Shown piece after piece: positions 1 to 55,863 of a DNA stretch of 64,000 bases. Within the stretch, counting starts at the first letter, position 1; each line of letters starts with the position of its first letter. Under the pieces are notes generated by a model. It saw only the letters and a list, made by a program, of their open reading frames with translations, had not been told where the DNA came from and searched no databases. Position numbers and translations under genes: made by a program. Source of the DNA: the human T2T-CHM13v2.0 reference genome, Homo sapiens; NCBI RefSeq assembly GCF_009914755.1, contig NC_060935.1. One strand, written 5' to 3'.

Positions 1-480
1 AATCATCATAACACCTCACAGAGACAGGCATCAATATCCCACTTTGCAGACAAGAACACGGGCTCCAGGAGGGGAAATGGGGCCACCGAGGCCAAAGTAA
101 GAGTCCTGCTTGGACACCAGCGGAGCACAGCCTCTACTCCTAGGGCCTGGCCTCGGGACCTGTCGAATGCCGACTCCCGCTCACCCCGAACCCATGCAGA
201 ACGATCTCACAGGGGGCGGCGGGGAGTGGGGAGACCCCGCTGCTGCGCGACCCCTCGCTGGAGCTGCTGGGCCGCCACGCGCGCCTTCGGTCCTAACGGC
301 AGTGCCGGCCGAAACCCGGCCCTGCTCGGACCCGGAAGGATCCGAATCCGCCCCCCTGACAGGGTCCTCTCGGCCGAGGTCACCCCAGCTGGGCCAGAGG
401 CAGGCGCACGCGGCTCTACAGGCAGCGGCGTCGGTTTCGGCCCGGCCCTGCCCCCAACGGCTCCGCTCTCCCGCGCTCAC

Positions 481-499
481 CCCGAGCCCAGTCCGCCAT
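481..499 (-). CDS. BET1L: BET1L (Golgi SNARE GS15) first coding exon; rest of gene lies left of the window
   Basis: Minus strand ATG GCG GAC TGG GCT CGG G|gtgagc = MADWAR, the BET1L N-terminus as I recall it, followed by a consensus donor, inside a CpG island head-to-head with RIC8A. Confidence 0.9.
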
Positions 500-537
500 C
501 GTGCCCTGCCCCGGCTCCTCGACGCGGACACCGACGC

Positions 538-582
538 GGCCACAGCCGCCTCAGACGTGGCCACAGCCGCCTCAGACGTGGC
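538..582. repeat. 21-bp tandem duplication in BET1L 5' UTR
   Basis: GCCACAGCCGCCTCAGACGTG x2. Confidence 0.9.
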
Positions 583-1875
583 GCAGTCGCGGGGAAAGGG
601 CTTCCGGCCCCGCCCCCAGCTAGCGATGGCCCCGCCTCCGCACCGACCACGCCCCTAGATGGCCCAGCCCCTTCCGCTTCGGGCTCGCTGACTTCCGGCT
701 TAGGGCCGAGGGTGGGGAACTGCCGGGCGCGGAAGCGATGGGCATATCTGTGGCTTATTTTCAGCACTGTCGCGCAGACAGTGGCGCGATCTCAGCTCAC
801 TGCAGCCCCCGCCTGCCGGGCTCCCAAGGTGCTGGGATTACAGCAGCACCGCGGATGTGACGTTTGGTGTTCCTGTGAACGTGGGGCGGGGCGGGTCGTT
901 TGCTTGCTCAGTGCCTAGACGATGGTGGTGGAAAGACGCTTCTGTGGGTTAGGTCCTAACGGTTAGGAAGGATTCACAGGCGGGTCATGAGGAAGGAGCA
1001 GACCCCTCGGGCAGAAGCCCGCGAGGAGCACTGGGTGTGGTGGGGGCAGGGGTGCCTCCTCTGTCAAGTGGAGATCGGCGCCTCGCTCGTGCCTGCGAGT
1101 GCGCGCCGCGTCGAATACAGCCGTACAGAACGCACTACAGGAAAGTGAAGCCGGGAGAGAGACTGGGAGGCGGCGCGGGGACTGGGGGCCGTAGACGCCT
1201 TTGCTCCCGGGCACTTGTTAGAAGAGCGAGTGGATCGCGCTTCCTGTGCGTCACTGAATCCTCATGACGGCCACTGAAACGGACACGCAGGATCTTTGCT
1301 TTTCAAGAGGGAACTGAGTCCAGGCCAGACTGGGTTGCTCCCCTTTCTCTCGGCCCCTCCACCTTTGCAAGTGCTGCTCCTTCTGCCTGGAGTGGCTCCT
1401 CCAGTCTTTTCCCGGCTCACTTCCCACCGTCCAGTGTCAGCAAAAACAGCACTTCCTCACAGCCCGTTGCAGCCCAGCAGTCGCCTTTTGCTTCTTTTGA
1501 AGCACAGCCCTGTGACCGCCTCGTGTCCTTTTGTTTTTCCTTGTCCCCCTTCCCCTCTGGAACATAAGCTCCACAAAGGCAGGGACCTGGGAATCCCGTT
1601 CGCCTGCATTCCCCAGCAAACGCCTAACGAACCCAATGGCCCAGGACTGAAAATTCCTTTCCACTTCGGCTTTCCCCTCTACATCCCATCGGTTCTGTGG
1701 AGCTCGAGGGGCGTCACTGTGTGTGTGGCAGGGCACGGTGGGGGCTGAGATCGTTTCCTGTTGGAACTTCTGGCCCAAGAAGCGCGGGTCACAAGGAGAG
1801 GGGTCAGTTCGGTTCAGAGCGACTCAGCCCCTCGACTCGGGTCTTAAAACCTCCGAGCCGCCAGTTCTGCCTCAG

Positions 1876-1943
1876 GCCGCGCCCCCTTAAAGCGCCACCA
1901 GACGCTGCGCCCCGTTAAAGCGCCACCAGACGCCGCGCCCCGT
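1876..1943. repeat. 28-bp tandem repeat upstream of RIC8A ATG
   Basis: GCYGCGCCCCSTTAAAGCGCCACCAGAC x2.4. Confidence 0.9.
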
Positions 1944-2052
1944 CCCGGCCTCCCCCGCGCGCTGGCGCGGGGCTTTCTGGGCCAGGGCGGGGCCGGCGAA
2001 CTGCGGCCCGGAACGGCTGAGGAAGGGCCCGTCCCGCCTTCCCCGGCGCGCC

Positions 2053-7548
<5,496 letters not shown>

Positions 7549-8204
7549 GGATGGCAGCTCTTCTGCTCCCCCATCAGGACTGGTGCTGCTTCCAGAGACT
7601 TCCTTGGGGTTGCAACCTGGGGAAGCCACATCCCACTGGATCCACACCCGCCCCCACTTCTCCATCTTAGAAACCCCTTCTCTTGACTCCCGTTCTGTTC
7701 ATGATTTGCCTCTGGTCCAGTTTCTCATCTCTGGACTGCAACGGTCTTCTTGTGCTAGAACTCAGGCTCAGCCTCGAATTCCACAGACGAAGTACTTTCT
7801 TTTGTCTGCGCCAAGAGGAATGTGTTCAGAAGCTGCTGCCTGAGGGCAGGGCCTACCTGGGCACACAGAAGAGCATATGGGAGGGCAGGGGTTTGGGTGT
7901 GGGTGCACACAAAGCAAGCACCATCTGGGATTGGCACACTGGCAGAGCCAGTGTGTTGGGGTATGTGCTGCACTTCCCAGGGAGAAAACCTGTCAGAACT
8001 TTCCATACGAGTATATCAGAACACACCCTTCCAAGGTATGTATGCTCTGTTGTTCCTGTCCTGTCTTCACTGAGCGCAGGGCTGGAGGCCTCTTAGACAT
8101 TCTCCTTGGTCCTCGTTCAGCTGCCCACTGTAGTATCCACAGTGCCCGAGTTCTCGCTGGTTTTGGCAATTAAACCTCCTTCCTACTGGTTTAGACTACA
8201 CTTA

Positions 8205-8612
<408 letters not shown>

Positions 8613-9895
8613 AGGAACATTAACTAGGGTTAGAAACTAACTTCATTCTTTTTAGAATTCAACAGTTTTCCTAGGTCACCAATTCCACCTTTTGTTCTTA
8701 TTAAGGCGCAAAGTCACAGGACCCCCTTCCTGGGAGTCACTGTCATTAAATCTATTGCCGTCAGCTCAGCCCAGGGTAGGCAAGGTTCAAGAATGGGAAG
8801 TGCTTTTGTCTGGGGAAACACGCAGGTAATGTGATGCTAGGAAGGAGGATGTGCAGGTGGGTGAGAGCCCAGGAGGGAGCAGCTGGTGCCTGACAGGGTG
8901 AGCCATCAGGGCTGGGCCTGGGTACAGCCCCAGGAGAAGGAGCCTGTGCAGAAGTAGCAGTTCAGTGGATTCCACCTCCTATGTCACAATCCAGCAGGTG
9001 GCCAGGACTCAGCCTGGGTTTTAAGTGAGTAATGCCTTCCCTGTCTCAGAGATTAGCTCTAACAGTGTCACTAGAGGAAGCCCTGGCGAGGGTGGGGGGG
9101 CGTAGTGTGGGGACAAGGAGGCCAGATAGAAAGTGCTGGAATGTTCTGGAACAGATCTGTTTCTGGAGGAGAGGCTGAGTATGGAGAGTCAACAGAATGT
9201 GACCACCTTCAGAGGGAGGAGCTGGGCCGTCTCCAATAAATCCAGGGACAAATGCCTTCAGTCCTCAGACTGTTCCAATAGAGGGGACGCCACGTATCCC
9301 AGGGTTCCCTTTCCAACTCATGTCAACACCTGCAGTCCCTTTGAGGAGACTAAATGTATTTCATGCTGGAAAGAACAGATTTTCTCTCATTAAAAATAGC
9401 CCCACTAAAGGAGACCAACATGCTAGAAGTGCGGCACCAGGGCCTCAAGACTACACTTCGGAACATGAAGAGGGCTGGGGACCGCTCGGCCCAAGTCTGG
9501 ATCTTGTAACCAACAGATGCCGAGCTTGCCGTTCAACTAGGCACAGAAAGCAGACTCGGTCTGGGATTCCAGTTGGTCTGATTCAGTTCAAGAGGGTCAC
9601 AGTCAGAAGAAAGCTTTTTCCATTAGGAGCTTCAGCAGAGTGAAGAGTTCAACACAGCAAACAGGCAGGCAGCTCCTTTGTATATGTGACGGGGTGGCCC
9701 TGACTGTAAACACAGCCCTACCAGTCACTGCAGCTCATGGCCTGAGAAGACATTCCAGTGGCAGCCTCGGGTGTCCACTCAGTTCACATATTCTGGTTTC
9801 ACCTGCCCAAGCTGTCTTCAGGCATGAGGTCTTGTCAGAATTGGGATGTGGATGTCTCCTATGTTACCATTTATTGTGTGGGGGCAGCCATCATC

Positions 9896-45535
<35,640 letters not shown>

Positions 45536-45895
45536 GGCCCCCTGGTTCCCCGTCGTGTCTCCTTTGACTCACCTGAGAGAGGCGTTTGCAGCCAATGAAG
45601 CTGGCTGCTCAGACGGTCGACATTGAATTTGGGTGGGGGTTGGGATCCTGTCTGAAGTACAGACTGTTCTTGCTCTAAAAACAGGACTGTCCCTGATGGG
45701 AGCCAGGCCACATGGAGGAGGCTTCTTTGTGGGTCTCTCCTGCAGAGGGTGGGGGTCTCAGGGTCTTAGGTGATACGGGAGAGAAGGAACGTGCCAGGCA
45801 GGAGGCCCCCTGAAGTCTGTGTACTCCGAGGTGGATCTCCATCCCCATCCACCTGTACGGACATCTTTTCCGTTGCGGTTTGAGAATGTTCCTAT

Positions 45896-45901
45896 AATAA
45901 A
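45896..45901 (+). terminator. PSMD13 polyadenylation signal
   Basis: AATAAA 360 nt after the stop, followed by a T/GT-rich downstream element. Confidence 0.88.
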
Positions 45902-46366
45902 CCCCTCTGCTTTGTTCTTCTTGTGGCTCTGTTTTCTTGGGCTTAGCTTCCAGGCCAAGCCTGTGCCTGGAGGTTAAAAAGCATGAGTTGGAACCTTGGG
46001 AAGACACGGTGGGGGTAGCCTTGGCCCTTCTCCTCCCTGCACATACAGTAGACGGGCAGAATCCAGCACCAAGGACTAACGAAGACGCTGGTCCTATCTT
46101 TATTGTTAGTCAAGAGAGACCTAGGGGTATCCACTCCCTTCTCCAGCCCTCTCAGGTACCTGCCCCGACACAGGCATCCATCCACATCCTTGTCACCACT
46201 CATCATTCAAATAGCCACCAGCATCTGTGACCTGGTGTGCCCCAGTGCGGACATGAGCCATCCCTGGGACTGGGCATGTAAAGGAAACCACCTTGAGGTT
46301 CCCCGTCTGGGAGTGGAGGTGCACGTACACAAAGAATCACAGAGTGAACATTAGGTGGAAGGACAG

Positions 46367-46493
46367 TTTAATGTGATCTTTCAGTCCTGGGCCTGCAGTG
46401 ACAGCATGGAGCTCTTGCAGCTCTCCAGGTCGGGTGAGACCCAGCCTCCAGGAACCAGGAAGCTGATGAATGTGAGAGCCCCACGGCCTGCTC
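46367..46493 (-). pseudogene. COX8BP: COX8B (COX8H, muscle cytochrome c oxidase VIII) unitary pseudogene, last exon
   Basis: Acceptor ccaacag|GAG; reads EQAVGLS-[frameshift]-FISFLVPGGWVSPDLESCKSS versus recalled bovine COX8H EQAIGLSVTFLSFLLPAGWVLYHLDNYKKSS; ATTAAA at 46367-46372 (-); position next to PSMD13 as for mouse Cox8b. Confidence 0.88.
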
Positions 46494-47143
46494 CTGTTGG
46501 AGGAAAGCACCCACAAGTCTGCTAGGCTGGCAAAGAACAGTTGTCCGGCATCTTCTCCAGCCTTTTCCTCTTTGGTTGCTGGTGTCTGAGCTCCTGGTTT
46601 TTTCCACCTCGTCCAGGCCTCGCCTGACCTCATGGCCCCAGACCCCTCTCGGTCTTTCCACCCACCCTCTCCAGACCTCGTTTGGCCCTGGTCCAGATGG
46701 CCTGACACCCCAGCTGTTCCTCGTCAGTCACAATTGCTGGGATCTATTGACCACTAGCCTTTATACCCACCTCACGGTCAAGTTCCCAAGGCCCTGTGGT
46801 GCACCCTTCAACCTTCCGCAGCCCCTCTCAGCTGCTCAGGCCAAATGTCTTAGTGTGAGCCTCCATTTCCCTCAGACACTCATGTGTACATCGAGCCCGC
46901 TGACTCCCCACCCTCCCTAAGTCCAGCCTCAAACCTGTCCTCCACAACCGCTCCTCCACACAGCAGCCCAGACAGTCTTCCAGAACAATCAGGTCTTGTT
47001 GCTGCCGCTGCTCAGCATCCTCCAACAGGCTTCACTCACCCCCAAGGCCTGAGTGCTCTGACCACTGCCTGCCTTGCTGGTCCTGCTCCTACCCTCATCT
47101 GCTCTCCCTGCACCCCACCAAGGCTCCTGCCTCATCCCAGACA

Positions 47144-48564
<1,421 letters not shown>

Positions 48565-48819
48565 CATCCCAGACACAGGGCACTCCCACCCTTCACTGGC
48601 GCCTTTGTCTGGACAGCCTTTCCCTCAGGTTTTTACTTGTTTCTTTAGATCATTTAGGCTTTGCTCAAATGACATCTCCTTAGATATATCTTGTTTACTC
48701 TCTGTTTTTGAAGCTGGAATGTAAGTCCCATGAGGGCAGAGACTCCGTTGTGTTCACCACTGAATCTTTGGAGCCTGGAGCAGTGTCTGGTTTAGCAGAC
48801 TTTTTCAGTCAATGTTACA

Positions 48820-49325
48820 TGGATGGATGGACAGATGGGCATATGGATATATGGATGGATGAATGGATGGGTGGATGGGTGAGTGGATGGACAACAGATG
48901 AGTGGATGGATGCATGGATGCATGGATGGATGGATGGATGGATGGATGGATGGATGGATGGATGGTGGGTGGATGGATGAGTTTATGAATAGGTGGACGG
49001 ACAGATGCACGGATGGATGGATGGATGGGCAGATGGGTGGGTGGGAGGAGTGGATGGGTGGATGGATGCAGGGATCCATAATGGATGGATGTGTGGATGG
49101 GTGGATGGATAGATGAGTGGATAAGTGGATGGATAGATGCATGGACGGACGGACGGACGGACGGACGGACGGACGGATGGATGGATACATGGGTCGGTGG
49201 GTGGATGGATGAGTCAATGGGTGGATGAGTGGATGGGTGGATGGATGGATGGGTGGGTGGATGGATGGGTGGGTAGGTGGGTGGGTGGATGGATGATTGG
49301 AGGAGTTGTTATAAGGATGGATGGA
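48820..49325. repeat. (GGAT)n/(GGAC)n/(GGGT)n complex tetranucleotide repeat
   Basis: ~500 bp of GGAT variants. Confidence 0.97.
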
Positions 49326-50775
49326 GTTTCTATTGTATGCTGGGCACTGGGCTAGATTTGAAGGATACAAAGCCAAGTCAGACATGAGAGACAACTGTGG
49401 GGATTACACTTCTCCTTCAGAATGACCCACAGTATTATCACTGACAATGAAAAAGGCCACAGCTGAGTCCAAGCCCAGGAGCCAGTAGAAGCAGTAGGAC
49501 ATCTGACCCCACCTAGGCCCCCAGATTTATCCATGGTCATTGTCTGTACCTCCAGGCTTGGCTGTGGTCATCACCCTCACTATGGACAATCACGCCCCTA
49601 TCTGTTTGTTTTGAAATGGTAAATTGGTGATACGAGCAAATTTCACTAGGAACATGATTTTACTTTTGTTCTTCCCCAGAAACCACATTTGTCCTAAATG
49701 TGAGACTACTTCCTAGGCTTTCCACCCCACCTTCCGGGTCCCTGGCCAGTCTTCATCTGACTTGGTTTCTCAAGCAGGAGCCAAGTCCTGTGAGGCCAGA
49801 GGAAGAAGGGTGTCCTGAATGTTATCTCCAGCAGTGCTGGGCTCCTGATACCAGCCTCAGGCAGTGGGGGGCTCTGCCCCTCCTCTGTAATAATACTTTC
49901 CGCCTGAACCTTTAATTATAGCTTTGGGGTCCAGTTCTGGATAAGGCTGTGGACCTGAGTGCGTGTTCAAAGGATCAGTCTCCCAGGCTATGGTGTTTTG
50001 TCTTTTACAGATAAGAACTAGCTGCACCACCACCCAGGCTTGCCCCCGAGGGAGGCCTCCACCTCTGCCCTTTTTGGGCTTCAGTGGAGTGGGGGGTGCA
50101 GGTGGCGTGTGTGGGTGGGCAGTGGAGAGGCCCACTGTGCTTCAGGACGTTAGGCTTCCAAACAAGCCCCCAGCCAGCCCAGCCTTGGGTGGGTGATGCC
50201 CCCGATGAAGGCTGAGAGGAGGGAGCTGGCAGGGGTGGGAGCAGCGATGCCAGGAGGAAACACTGCCCTCCAGGAGAGAGAGGTTTTGTCGGCCTCCCTC
50301 AAGCCCAGATGGCCACGCCGTCCACAGCCTTCAACCTCTTCCCACCTGCCCACTCACCGGTCTTCCGACCTTTCTGACCTTTCCAAGCACAAACCTGTCC
50401 TCCTCACTTCACACTCACGCAGCTTCTACTTCTGGGGCCCCACAAAAGCAGAAGTGAGCTTTGGTCTTTATCCTAGCCTTGTTTTTAGTCCCCAGTTTGA
50501 ACCACTTGTTCAAACCAAACCCTGTGGTTAAAGATCCTGAGTCCCCCACCCACAGCAAGGCTGCCCCAGATGGCCTCTCCTGTCATCATCCTGAGGCCTG
50601 GACCCTCTTCCCCGCCACCCCCAGGTCTGCCCTTTAATAGAAAGAAAATGATGTGACCCAGAGAGAAAGAGAAGGTGGCCAAGTGGGGCTGCAGGATGGA
50701 GATTAAGGCCCCACGTAACAGCTGGGGAAACTGAGACTTGAAGAGCATTCAGGGTTGCAGGCTCAGGGTTCCAGA

Positions 50776-50985
50776 CTCATCCTGGCCCATCCTGGCTCAT
50801 CCTGGCTCATCTTGGCTCATCCTGGCCCATCCTGGCCCATCCTGGCCCATCCTGGCTCATCCTGGCCCATCCTGGCTCATCTTGGCTCATCCTGGCCCGT
50901 CCTGGCTCATCCTGGCTCGTCCTGGCCCATCCTGGCTCATCTTGGCTCATCCTGGCCCGTCCTGGCCCATCCTGGCTCATCCTGG
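50776..50985. repeat. 10-bp minisatellite (CYCATCCTGG)~21
   Basis: Units CTCATCCTGG/CCCATCCTGG/CTCATCTTGG/CCCGTCCTGG. Confidence 0.97.
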
Positions 50986-51410
50986 ACAGGGGCAGCATCG
51001 GAAGGTGCGCTCAAGGCCGTGGATGGACAAAAGTAGTCCTGTTACCTGAATCTTCACCCTCACCTTCTTCAGCCACTCAGCACATACCTATCAAGCTTGC
51101 CCTGGACATACCCCTAACGCACCTGGGAGGCGGGAGGGAGACCAGCCACCACGCACACCCTCTCTCACAAAGCTGCAAGGCCACCTCGGCCTGCAGGACC
51201 ACCTGGAAAGTCCGGTGGACACCTGTGGGCACATGGCACCACCCTGTGTCCAGACTTGGAACCACAGAAGCTGCTGGAGGAGGCACAGACGGGGGCACAG
51301 CCCTCTTCCATGGAGCTCTTCGAATCAGAGACCCAGAAAGAGCACACATGCATGAAAACATTTGCATGCTCCTTTTTTATTGCATTAGAAACCTATTTCT
51401 TCACGTAAAA

Positions 51411-51864
<454 letters not shown>

Positions 51865-52194
51865 TCATGTCACATAAAAACTTTGATACTTCACACTATT
51901 TTCTTCAAAACTGAATGACCACTTCCAAAAAATTAAGCCAGATGCTAAGACTTGGCCCCTTCCTTTCATCTAAAAAAACACATTTCCACTAAGTACCTTG
52001 TAGATTTAGTAGAATTTACTGAAACTTTGGGATTCATGGGAAGAGATCCTGTGGAGGGTGTGGCCCTCTGCCCTCCACCCCACCCCTGTGCACACCCCTC
52101 GTCGGGAACTCAGCTTTGACCCAAGCCCTCTTCACATGGAACCTGCCCGTTCGGGACTCTGGTGTCAGTCGACAGTCTCAGCATTGCCCAGCGC

Positions 52195-52677
52195 TGACGG
52201 TTTCGATGGTGCTGTGTGTCAGCTTGACTGGGCCGTGGTGCCCACGTTTGGTCAAACATTATTCTGGATATTTCTGCAAAGGTGTTTTTTGGATGAAATA
52301 CTAACCTTTAAATTGGTGAACTTTGAGAAACGCAGAAGACCCTCCATGATGTGGTGGGCTTCATCCAATCAGTTGAAGATCTTAGGAGAACAAAGACGGA
52401 CCTCTCCTGAGGAGGAAGAAGGAATTCCACCTCCAGATGGTCCTCGGGCTCCGCCACAGCATCAGCTTTCCTCGGGGCCTCCAGCCACCTGGGCTCCTCT
52501 ATCAGATTCCGGGCTTACCAAGCCTCTACAATCACATAAACAGTTCCTCAAAATAGATCTCTCTCCACATATATGTGTGTTGGGGATGGGTGGGTACACA
52601 CACACACGCACGCACACACACACACACGCACGCACACACATCCTGTTGGTTCTGTTTCTCTGGAGAATGCTAATACA
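52195..52677. mobile_element. MLT2-type (ERVL) LTR with internal (CA)n
   Basis: TGTGTCAGCTTGACTGGGCC...TCATCCAATCAGTTGAAG...TTCTGTTTCTCTGGAGAA..CTAATACA. Confidence 0.8.
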
Positions 52678-54947
52678 ATATGTATAATACATTTGTCACA
52701 ATTAATGAACCAATATTGATACATTAGTTACGAACTTCATGAAGTCCATACTCGATTCGGATTTCCTCACACTTTCCCTCATTTCCTGTTCCAGGATCAA
52801 CACCATTTTACATTCAGTCTCCACATCTCCTGAGCTCCTGTCTGCTGGGGCGGCTCCTCATTCTCCTTGTTTTTCGGTGACCTTGAAGGTAACTGGTCAG
52901 GTTTATTGTAGAACACCCCACCCTTCTATTGAGGTTCGGCTGCTGCTTTTCTCATGATTAGATTAGGGCTCTGGGGCTTGAGAAGGAGGACCACAGAGGG
53001 ACAGCGCCCTTCTCATCACATCATACCAAGAACTTCTCACTCCTGATGTTGGCCTCGGCCACCTGGGTGAGACCGTCTGTCAGCTTTCCTCATTGCAAAG
53101 TGACTCTTTTCACTCCCCTTCCCATACTGTTCCCTTTGGGAGGAAGTCACTATGCACAGCCCCACCTAAGGATGGCCAGTCACACTCCACCTCTTTGGGG
53201 GTGGGGTCTCTACAGGCTTTATTTGTCATTCTTTTGCATTAAAGGCTTGTCTCTTTTCCCCACTTATTATTACTGATTCATTTATTTATATCAGTATGGA
53301 CTCAAGCGTATTTATTTTATATTTAGGTTATAATTAACACTGGTTAATTTTGTTGCTCAGATTGTCCCAGCTCTGGGTATTGGGTTCCTTTCTTTCAGCC
53401 CTGTGTTCCTTTAGCATATCCTCAAAATTGTGGAGCTTTTTAATTTGCTTGTTTTGAACACTTTCTTAGTTTCTGGTACCACAAAATGCTCCAGACTCAT
53501 ATATTTTCTGCCCCTGTCCTGGAATAAGCGAACATAGAATAAGCCAATAGGCCTGGTTCCTTCTGCTGGAGAATGGTATTAGAAACCAAGATCTGGGCTG
53601 GGCATGGTGGCTCACACCTGTAATCCCAGCACTTTGGAAGGCTGAGGCAAGTGGATCACTTGAGGCCAGGAGTCTGAGACCTGCCTCAGCAACATAGTGA
53701 GACTGAGACCCTGCCTCTACAAAAAATTTAAAAATTAGCCAGGCATGGTGGCTCCTAGTCCTATATAGAGCGCCTATAGTCCTAGCTACTTGGGAGGCTG
53801 AGATGGAAGGAGTGCTTGAGCCCAGGAGTTCAAAGCTGCAGTGAGCCATAATCATGCCAGTGCACTCTAGCCTGGGTGACACAGTGAGATCCTCTCTCAA
53901 AAAATAAAAAATAAAAGCATTAACTTATGTTAAAGAAAAAAAAAAGAAACAAGAAGAGAGAAAGAAAGCAAGAAGAGAGAAAGAAAGCAAGAAAGAAGAA
54001 AGAGAAAGAAGAAAGAAAAAGAGAAAGAAAAGAAAGAAAGAGAGAAAAGAAAAAAAAAGAAAAGGAAGGAAGCAAGGAAGGGAGAGAGAAAGAAAAAAAA
54101 GAAAAGAGTCCAAGAGCTGGACACTAGGTAGCTACATGACACTATACACCTGTCAAGATTCATGGAGGGCCAAGCACAGTAGCTCATGCCTGTCATCCCA
54201 GCACTTTGGGAGGCCAGGGCAGGACTGCTTAAGCCCAGGAGTTAGAGACCAGCCTGGGTAACATAGTGAGACCCCTGTCTCCACAAAAAATAAAAACATT
54301 AGCCAGGCATGGTGGTGCACACGTGTGGTCCCAGCTACTCAGGAAGCTGAGGTGGGAGGATGGCTTGAGCCTGGAGGCCGAAGCTGCAGTGAGACATTAT
54401 TGGGCCACTGCACTCCAACCTGGACAACAGAGCAAGATCCTCTCTCAAAATAATAAAAATTAAAAATTCATAGAGCTTTATAGTACAAAGAGTAAACATT
54501 AATGTATGCAAATGTTAAAATATCATTTAGAATATCAGGGAATCCCATGATGGAATGCAGCATGTGACAAAATAATCTAACTGTGTTACAAATGCAGAAA
54601 CAACCTCACTGAAGGGAATGATGAGAAAGGCACTGACTTGGTAACTTTGGAAATGAGTGAAGTCTGTTAAGACTAAGAGCAAAGGAAGTACACATAAGCA
54701 CAGTACTCTAGCTGATAAAGTAGTTTCCCACACGGCAGATGTGGGGGTGTGTGTGTGTATGTGTGTGCATGCGTACCATGCAAATTAGCAAAATACAACA
54801 CATTGGAGGCCAGGTGCAGTGGTTCATGTCTGTAATCCCAGCACTTTGAGAGGCCAAGGCAGGCAGATCACCTGAGGTCGGAGTTCGAGATCAGCCTGAC
54901 CAACATGGAGAAACCCCATCTCTACTAAAAATACAAAAAATTAGTCA

Positions 54948-55156
<209 letters not shown>

Positions 55157-55297
55157 CTAGCTGATCTCCAAAATTTCTGTCCCTGTCTTCCTGGACAAAT
55201 AGCTAGACTGCATGTCCTATCCTTTCCTGCTGTCAGGGTCGGCCATGTGACTGTGGCTATGAGTGACATGCACAACCTCCTGATCAGGCCATGACAA

Positions 55298-55391
55298 GCC
55301 TTCCTCCAACCCAGGCATCAGGCTGTTCCCTCGAGCACTGACCATGGAGGCCTTCCTCCAACCCAGGCATCAGGCTGTTTCCTAGAGCACT
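55298..55391. repeat. 52-bp-period tandem duplication
   Basis: GCCTTCCTCCAACCCAGGCATCAGGCTGTTYCCTMGAGCACT at 55298 and 55350. Confidence 0.92.
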
Positions 55392-55683
55392 CTTTATAAG
55401 AGGAGGGAAATGAAACTGATCCAATTTTCATCAATAGGGCACTGATTAATAACTTGTGGTACACCTCAACCACAGGCAACTATGATGAAGACAAAAATAG
55501 TGAAGTATATTTATATACACCAACATGGAAAGGTGTCCGAAACATACCAGTTATTAAACAAATAAAGCAAATTAAAAAGCAGCAGATTTGTCAGGATGTG
55601 GTGGCTCACGCCTGTAATCCCAGCACTTTGGGAGGCCGAGGCGGGCAGATCACGAGGTCAGGAGATTGAGACCATCCTGGCTA

Positions 55684-55863
<180 letters not shown>

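Noticed and set aside
110-918. Overlapping 96-230-aa ORFs in the first CpG island
   Set aside because: GC-rich stop-poor DNA, mostly non-ATG starts; the only recognisable coding piece is the 19-nt BET1L exon
48792-49394. 200-aa HPSI-rich ORF and MDGW-rich ORFs
   Set aside because: Translations of the (GGAT)n repeat
50738-51049. LAHPGPSW repeat ORFs
   Set aside because: Translation of the 10-bp minisatellite; open in several frames, no splice or family support
51165-51353. VVPCAH / LLQ peptide fragments as COX8B exon 1
   Set aside because: Similarity is too short, in inconsistent frames, and lacks the AKPAKTPTS motif
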